Origin: a virus
DNA: 64,000 nucleotides
Reading direction: 5' to 3' (one strand)
Virus record (IMG/VR): IMGVR_UViG_3300037258_000145
Coordinates: 23,684 to 87,683 of that record
Shown here piece after piece: positions 58,243-64,000 of this stretch. Each line of letters opens with the position of its first letter. The stretch's first letter is position 1. A program made the translations under genes and the position numbers. The notes below the pieces were generated by a model. The model made no database searches. It had not been told where the DNA came from and was given only the letters and a program-made list of their open reading frames with translations.

Positions 58243-59397
58243 CTAGCTTAGCGTATCGGTCACGTCAGGTCTAGGGCGGCCGTAGTCCCTGACTTGGCGG
58301 AGCAGACCGATGACGAAGTCCCAGTCGCCTTGCTCAAGGTCGGTCAGGTCGGCCGCTACCTCCAGACGCACGGTGCCACCTGAAGCGAGCGTGATCGTGC
58401 GCGCCCATTTGGGTGGGTCGGGTAGGTCGACGTTGCGGAGAGGTAAGTCCATCTCGGGGATGAACCGGCGGGGGGCTGGCACACTGGCGATGGCAGGCGT
58501 CCCACTACTGAAGGCGGTTACGGGCTTCTCGGCGGCAGCTTGCACGATTGACTCCCTCGATACTCTCGTCTGAGGCGGTATGGCCCTGTCAGGGTGCCTG
58601 GTGCGCAGATGACGGACCAGGTTCTTGGTCGTGATCGACTCCAAGCAGACAGGACAGGGCGTGGTCGGAGAGGTGGCCACGGGCTCCCTCCTCCTGTCGG
58701 GATGATGCCAGCGGACATGATTGCCAACGCCACCCTTGACGGGCTCGACGCAGCCGTACGGACACGCCTCCTCGGTGTCCCTGGTCTGACCGCACCACCT
58801 CATGTGACCAGCGCGGCCGGCGCTGTCTTTGAAGTCGGACTTGCCACACTTCGGGCAGGGCTTGGGGTAACCCGATGTCCTATCCGGACTACTCCCAATT
58901 GAAGAATCTGACAACGATGTCTGTTTCATTTGCGCATCTGTGTCTACGGCCGGCGCTGTCTTCTCAGCCTCGGCGCGCGTCGGTGCCAGTTTGAGCGTGG
59001 ACTGGTGAGGATGATGGTTCTTGCCGCTGCTGTGGACAGGGACCGGTTTGGGGTCTTCGATCTTGCCCGACTCAGGAAGGTGTGGGACCGGGAAGCTGGA
59101 GACCAGCGCTTCCCGGGATGAAGCGCCCTGCTGGTTCAGGCTCTCGGGAGACTGCACAGGGTCGTAAGCCCGGACCCTTGGAGCGGACGCTCCATCTCCC
59201 CAGATTTCATCGACGTCGGCACCGAACGAACTGGCCCACTGAATAGCCATGTCCTCGGTGATCGCCTTCCAACTTCTCATGGCAACTCGGACCTCTCGGC
59301 ACCCGAGGCGGGCGGCGGCGTTCACACCCGAACCGGTCGACTCCAACCAGTCAGCAAATTTGGAGACCGAGAACATCTGGACAGCGATCTCAGACAC
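58243..59397 (-). CDS. Multi-C2H2 zinc-finger protein
   Basis: CPKC..HMRWC, CPYGC..HVRWHH, CPVC..HLRTRH. Confidence 0.65.
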   Translation of the reverse strand: MSEIAVQMFSVSKFADWLESTGSGVNAAARLGCREVRVAMRSWKAITEDMAIQWASSFGADVDEIWGDGASAPRVRAYDPVQSPESLNQQGASSREALVSSFPVPHLPESGKIEDPKPVPVHSSGKNHHPHQSTLKLAPTRAEAEKTAPAVDTDAQMKQTSLSDSSIGSSPDRTSGYPKPCPKCGKSDFKDSAGRAGHMRWCGQTRDTEEACPYGCVEPVKGGVGNHVRWHHPDRRREPVATSPTTPCPVCLESITTKNLVRHLRTRHPDRAIPPQTRVSRESIVQAAAEKPVTAFSSGTPAIASVPAPRRFIPEMDLPLRNVDLPDPPKWARTITLASGGTVRLEVAADLTDLEQGDWDFVIGLLRQVRDYGRPRPDVTDTLS

Positions 59398-60265
59398 CGT
59401 AGACCGCCTCCTTAGCGAAGACTTGGTACCGCTCGAGCTTCGGGTACATCCGCTCAACTAGTTGGTCCAGATGGGAATGCAACGGGCCGGCCGGACCGTA
59501 ACCGGCCCCAGGCTCCAACATCGTCCCTGGCTTGAAGGCCGGCGTGAACTCGCCGCGGGTGGCGTACAGGATGAACTCGTGCTCGCCCTTCACCCACAGC
59601 CCGTTGTAGTCGCTGTTCTCCTCGGCGCTCGGCCAGATCAGACAACTCCGGTAGGTCATTTGCCAGGCTCCGAGCACTGACAGGCCGTCAGGGAGCTTGT
59701 CGTGGGGCACCCACAGGAACAGGGCGCACAGCGGAGCGGCAGGGACCGTCACGTCGCAGATGTCGTCGGTGTCCATGTGTTCCCACGGAGCGTCAGCGAT
59801 CAGGACGGGCCAGGTCTTGCGTTCTTCAGGGGGGATGGAGGCCTGATGTTGACGGGTGACCTCCTGTGCCCGCTTGGAGCGTTCGGCGTGGACTTCGTTA
59901 CGAAGGTCGCCTGAGGTCAGGTTCTCGGCCTTGGCCCGCTTCAGGAGGGCTCTGGCTGTGTCTGGTGGGAGGGCCGCTACCTCGCGGTGATGAGCAAACG
60001 GCACTCCAGGTTCGCGCATGCCTTGAGGGAACCGTTTAGCCACCCAAGCCGAGGCCCGGATGGTCGACAGGGCGTAGCCCGTGGGAAGTGCTTGGGCGGC
60101 TGACTCGCCATACGCTCGCTCCCCATACAAAAACCACTCACCGAGTACCCACTGGATGCCCTTTTCCATCTCCTGGAGTTGGGCGCCGACCTCTTCCCAT
60201 TCGGCATAAGTCAGCCCTGGAGGGAGCATGAGCCCTTCGGGCGTCCACCACTCTTTGAGGCTCAT
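59390..60265 (-). CDS. MT-A70-like adenine methyltransferase (degenerate DAPW motif)
   Basis: VLIADAPW...ALFLWV...VLGAWQMTY...EHEFILYATRG. Confidence 0.65.
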   Translation of the reverse strand: MSLKEWWTPEGLMLPPGLTYAEWEEVGAQLQEMEKGIQWVLGEWFLYGERAYGESAAQALPTGYALSTIRASAWVAKRFPQGMREPGVPFAHHREVAALPPDTARALLKRAKAENLTSGDLRNEVHAERSKRAQEVTRQHQASIPPEERKTWPVLIADAPWEHMDTDDICDVTVPAAPLCALFLWVPHDKLPDGLSVLGAWQMTYRSCLIWPSAEENSDYNGLWVKGEHEFILYATRGEFTPAFKPGTMLEPGAGYGPAGPLHSHLDQLVERMYPKLERYQVFAKEAVYGV

Positions 60266-61289
60266 GACGTCTTCTCCGGATAGATGCCCTCTTTAGCCAG
60301 CGTCTCGCTCAGGCGCTTCAGACGGTCCCGGTTGGTCTGGAGCCGTTGGCGCCAGTTGTCGGCGGCTTCCTCAAAGGCCTGGGTCGTGACTTCGTTCTCC
60401 CTGATCTCGTCGGCCAGTTCCTTCAGCGCTAGCTTGGCGCGGGCTACGGCAGCGGGATCCCAGTTGAGGCTCATCCCGCCACCTCGTCCTGTACCGCCTC
60501 CACAGCGTCACGAAGTAGCATCATGGCTCCAGCGAAGGGGGCTCGGTACTCGGGGTCGGCCTCGCTAAGACGGCGCAGCATGGCCACGCTGGCGTCTCGG
60601 AGCCCCTTGAACGCTTCTCCCCCGTAGAGGTCCATGGTCACCTCGGCGCCGTCCAGGTAGCGCTGAAGAACCACGGTGTTCAGGCCCATGGGCGTCATGT
60701 TGATCTGAAGCCCAGTTACGTCACAGACCTTCTGGCCGTCCAGGTAGATCACGGCCTTGGCGCCCTGGATGGAGTCGCTGACGAGTTTGAGTTTCACGGC
60801 GCCATCTCCAAGGCTGAGCGGGCCATCGAATACTTGCACCACCGGCATACGCCACAGGGCTCGCCAGGTGATCGATAAGACATGATCCGCCGCTTGACTT
60901 CGTAGCACTGACGCTCATGCTCAGGTAAAAGTTCGTCGGCCATCTCAACTGCGGTCAACAACAGGCGAAGATCGATATCCCACCAGGGGGTTTCAGAGGG
61001 TGTGGTGTGCAGACGTTCGGCCACGTGCTCGCGGCGAGCCTTGAGTGCATCCAGGCGTGAACGTACGCTCTCGGCGCTCACGACGGCTCCGGCCATGACT
61101 GACGAGGCGATAGATGACGACCGAGGTGCCCAGTCTCGCGCCGACACGTCTCATAGATCGTGATGGCCTCGTCCTCGCGAACATCATTCGACTCTTCCCC
61201 AACAAAGCGAGCGTAGACCGGCAGGGCATCACCGTAGGCGTAATGGGAGAATACGAATGTCGGGTGCTGTGCCCCGCACAGGTCGACGC

Positions 61290-62123
61290 TCACGACGGCT
61301 CCACCTTGGGTGTGACCGACTCAGCCCTCACACCAAGCCCAGGGACCGGGACCCGTCCCAACAGAGGGAGCGTGGTCATTACCACCTGCACCGCCATGAT
61401 CTCGCCGTCACCGTCATGGATCGGCTGATGTCGCCAGCCGGTGAACTCAACGGCTGGCGGCTCGGCCGGACAAGCAGCCCCGACAGAACTGACCCAATGC
61501 GCCAACGTAGCCGAGAACGCGCCCGCCTCCGCCTCATGGCTCTCGGGGATCAAAACGATCGGCTCACCGCAGTTGCCGCAGATGGCTCCGCTCTCGATGA
61601 ACACCTCAGGCTTGATGCGCGACACTTGAGGCTCCGGGTCGATCTTGCACCACCGGTCCTCCAGGTCGTGGTAGGTCGCCAACCAGGCCAGCAGTTCGGC
61701 CTTAGCGGTGATCTCGACCGCTCCGCCCTGGTTGTGCAGCGTGGTCCCCAGTGTCCCGTTAGGCAGCTTGACGGACTTCTCGCCTGTCTCCTCGCGGCGA
61801 CGGAGGGCGTAGTCCGAGAGCAGGAAGTTCCAGCGCGCTTCATCGGCAATCAGTGGGGCGTCTACCTCATGGCTCCATCGATGGATATTGGCCAGACGCT
61901 CGTCTGCAAGTTGGTGGACTTCGGCTCTCTTGGCTTTGACCTTGGCCAGTTTGCGGAGCGCCCAGTCGGCGGCGCCGTCGTTCTGGACGCTCCAAGGGCC
62001 TTGCGGCCCGCCGTCCGGCTCCCGGGGGTACTGGTCAACCTCAGGACTGTGGTAGTCGTCGGGCTGCTCAAGGTGGTCTAGGTACTCATCAAGCTCAGGA
62101 TAGTTTTCAGGTGCGGTGGTCAT
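61290..62123 (-). CDS. Mu Gam-like host-nuclease inhibitor, leaderless
   Basis: ADWALRKLAK coiled coil...KSVKLPNGTLG. Confidence 0.7.
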   Translation of the reverse strand: MTTAPENYPELDEYLDHLEQPDDYHSPEVDQYPREPDGGPQGPWSVQNDGAADWALRKLAKVKAKRAEVHQLADERLANIHRWSHEVDAPLIADEARWNFLLSDYALRRREETGEKSVKLPNGTLGTTLHNQGGAVEITAKAELLAWLATYHDLEDRWCKIDPEPQVSRIKPEVFIESGAICGNCGEPIVLIPESHEAEAGAFSATLAHWVSSVGAACPAEPPAVEFTGWRHQPIHDGDGEIMAVQVVMTTLPLLGRVPVPGLGVRAESVTPKVEPS

Positions 62124-62159
62124 GAAAGGCATGTTAGCGCATCGACAGACCGATGGCAA
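62121..62159 (-). promoter_or_regulatory. SigA-type leaderless promoter
   Basis: TTGCCA-17 nt-TAACAT-7 nt-ATG. Confidence 0.7.
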
Positions 62160-62182
62160 TACGCGCGGTGACCGCGCGCTTT
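62157..62182. repeat. Dispersed palindrome copy 8
   Basis: CAATA-CGCGCGGTGACCGCGCG-CTTT between divergent transcription units. Confidence 0.9.
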
Positions 62183-62310
62183 GGGGACTTGGCGGGAGAC
62201 GGGCCCCCCATCGGAGAGGACCCGTCTCAACCTTGTACGGCGCGCCTTAGTTATGACCACCTCAACTCGCCGTGAAAGTCACCTTACCAGATCGGTTAGG
62301 CTCGGCAAGT

Positions 62311-62886
62311 ATGGCCACCGTCCCCAAGCCTCCCGGCCCCGGTATCTTGCCCGACCTGGAACCGCTGTGCGTCCCGACCGACAAGGTCCACCTGTTCCCC
62401 GGCAACCCTCGTGTCGGCGATGTCGACGCCATCAAGGAATCCATCAAACGGTTCGGCGTTCACCGTGCCTTGGTTGCCCGGCGTAACGGAGATCTCCTGA
62501 TCGGCAACCATGAGTACAAGGCGATGGTCGCGCTCGGGTTTGAGCGGGTGCCGGTGATCTGGGTCGATGACAACGAGGCTGAAGCTCGGGCTAGGAACCT
62601 CGCCGACAACAAGCTTGGTGAAATGGGGGGCTACGACAACGACCTCTTGATCGAAATGCTCTCGTATGTCGCTGGCGATGCCGAGTTGTTCGCGGCCACG
62701 GCGTACACGCAAAAGGACCTGGACGCCCTGCTCGGTGAGTTCGACGCCACGACTGGCGACGCGCCCTCCAGCGATTTGGCCTCCAGTTACCAGGTGGTCG
62801 TCACCTGCACCGATGAGCACCAACAGGCCACGCTCCTAGAAGAGTTGACGGGCCGAGGCCTCAACGTTCGTGCCGTAGTCGTCTGA
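62311..62886 (+). CDS. ParB/Srx N-terminal domain protein, leaderless
   Basis: PGNPRVGDVDAIKESIKRFG...LLIGNH...ADNKLGE; TAGGCT upstream. Confidence 0.8.
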   Translation: MATVPKPPGPGILPDLEPLCVPTDKVHLFPGNPRVGDVDAIKESIKRFGVHRALVARRNGDLLIGNHEYKAMVALGFERVPVIWVDDNEAEARARNLADNKLGEMGGYDNDLLIEMLSYVAGDAELFAATAYTQKDLDALLGEFDATTGDAPSSDLASSYQVVVTCTDEHQQATLLEELTGRGLNVRAVVV

Positions 62887-62902
62887 ACCAAAGGAGCAGC
62901 CG

Positions 62903-64000
62903 TTGAAAACCACCCTGGAAGTCGAGGTACCCATCTGTCGGTCGCCGCGCGTCATGCAGGTGGAGAGCCTGTTTGACGTCCCGGCCGCCGAGCACGCCAA
63001 GCGGGCCTGGGAAGTAGACCTGCCGATCGAGGACAAGGACTGGAACGTCGGCCTCATCGTGGGCCCCTCGGGAGCAGGCAAGTCCCGAGTAGCACGCAAG
63101 GTGTTCGGACCGGCCGTGATGGACGGTTTCGACTGGGCGCCCGACAAGGCGGTCGTCGACGGTTTCCCGGCCGAGATGGCGGTCAAGGACGTGACTGGGC
63201 TACTCGGGGCGGTCGGGCTCGGGTCTGCGCCGGCATGGTTACGACCGTGGGGGTCGCTCAGTACGGGCGAGCAGTTCAGGGCTAACGTCGCCCGCGCCCT
63301 AGCCGAGATGCCTGAGCTGGCCGTGATCGATGAGTGGACTTCGACCGTCGATCGTCAGGTGGGCAAGGTCGCATCCGCCGCCGCGGCCAAGGCAGTACGT
63401 AAGCGCGGTCAGAAACTTGTGGCCGTCACCTGTCACTACGACGTCGAGGAGTGGCTACAGCCCGACTGGACGTACCAGCCCCACACGGGCGAGTTCACCT
63501 GGAGGTCCGTTCAACCCCGACCCCAGGTCCACCTCGACATCTTCCCGATGGGACGCCAAGCGTGGAGCGTCTTTCGGGTCCATCACTACCTGAGCGCCAG
63601 GGCCCCCTATGGGCGCTACTTCGGGGGTTTCGTGGGCGATGAATGCGTGGCCTACGTGGTCGTAGCGGGGACACCTCATCGGGCCGCCAGCGCCAAGCTC
63701 ATCCGCCGAGCACACCGGATCGTGGTCCTGCCCGACTGGCAGGGGTTGGGGCTCGGCACGGCGATGGTGGATTTCCTGGCCCAGTTCTACGTCGAGAAGG
63801 GGTACCGGTTCCGTGTCGTAACGGCCCACCCTGGTTTGCTGCGCTGCTATGCCCGCTCGCCGCGATGGCGCTACGAGGGCAAGATCGGCCCCGGTGGAGC
63901 TACCAGTAACGTTTCGCTACGCGCTCACCAGTCTGAGCCACGGATGATGCAGGTGCGAGCCTACGAGTACCAGGCGCCCAGCGGGACAGTGATCCCTCGC
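62903..64000 (+). CDS. ABC-type ATPase fused to GNAT acetyltransferase (partial; runs off the window)
   Basis: Manual translation from TTG after AAGGAG: GPSGAGKS, LSTGEQFR, VIDEWTS, VAVTCHYD, RIVVLPDWQGLGLG. Confidence 0.85.
   Translation, partial: MKTTLEVEVPICRSPRVMQVESLFDVPAAEHAKRAWEVDLPIEDKDWNVGLIVGPSGAGKSRVARKVFGPAVMDGFDWAPDKAVVDGFPAEMAVKDVTGLLGAVGLGSAPAWLRPWGSLSTGEQFRANVARALAEMPELAVIDEWTSTVDRQVGKVASAAAAKAVRKRGQKLVAVTCHYDVEEWLQPDWTYQPHTGEFTWRSVQPRPQVHLDIFPMGRQAWSVFRVHHYLSARAPYGRYFGGFVGDECVAYVVVAGTPHRAASAKLIRRAHRIVVLPDWQGLGLGTAMVDFLAQFYVEKGYRFRVVTAHPGLLRCYARSPRWRYEGKIGPGGATSNVSLRAHQSEPRMMQVRAYEYQAPSGTVIPR

Noticed and set aside
8347-62182. Palindromes as a CRISPR array or transposon ends
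   Set aside because: Copies are kilobases apart, with no spacer-sized intervals, cas genes, transposase or target-site duplications.

Overview
GC-rich tailed-phage (Caudoviricetes) DNA, almost all on the minus strand. A WhiB gene and many leaderless TANNNT promoters point to an Actinomycetota host. Reading from 64 kb towards 1: a ParB-like plus ABC-ATPase/GNAT module (plus strand); early recombination and replication genes (Gam-like, MT-A70-like, WhiB, DnaA-C-like, SF1 helicase, annealing-protein-like, initiator with iterons); many small accessory ORFs; TerS-like gene; C5 methylase with a nested overlapping ORF; SNF2 helicase plus N4/N6 methylase; TerL; a portal-MuF-Nudix-ParB fusion; protease/scaffold; major capsid; connector-like genes; tail fibre/depolymerase-like genes. 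I found no integrase, tRNA, CRISPR array or tape-measure gene. Main unexplained patterns: (1) TerL, protease, major capsid, tail-type and holin-like genes appear to start at CTG inside a conserved (AGGAGG)CAT-CTG motif, while early genes are leaderless ATG; (2) a ~28-bp polar palindromic element recurs 8 times at 5-10 kb spacing; (3) free-standing endonuclease genes follow portal and capsid genes whose 3' ends are recoded, one keeping a duplicated C-terminal peptide. Product calls come from motif recognition by eye, not database searches.
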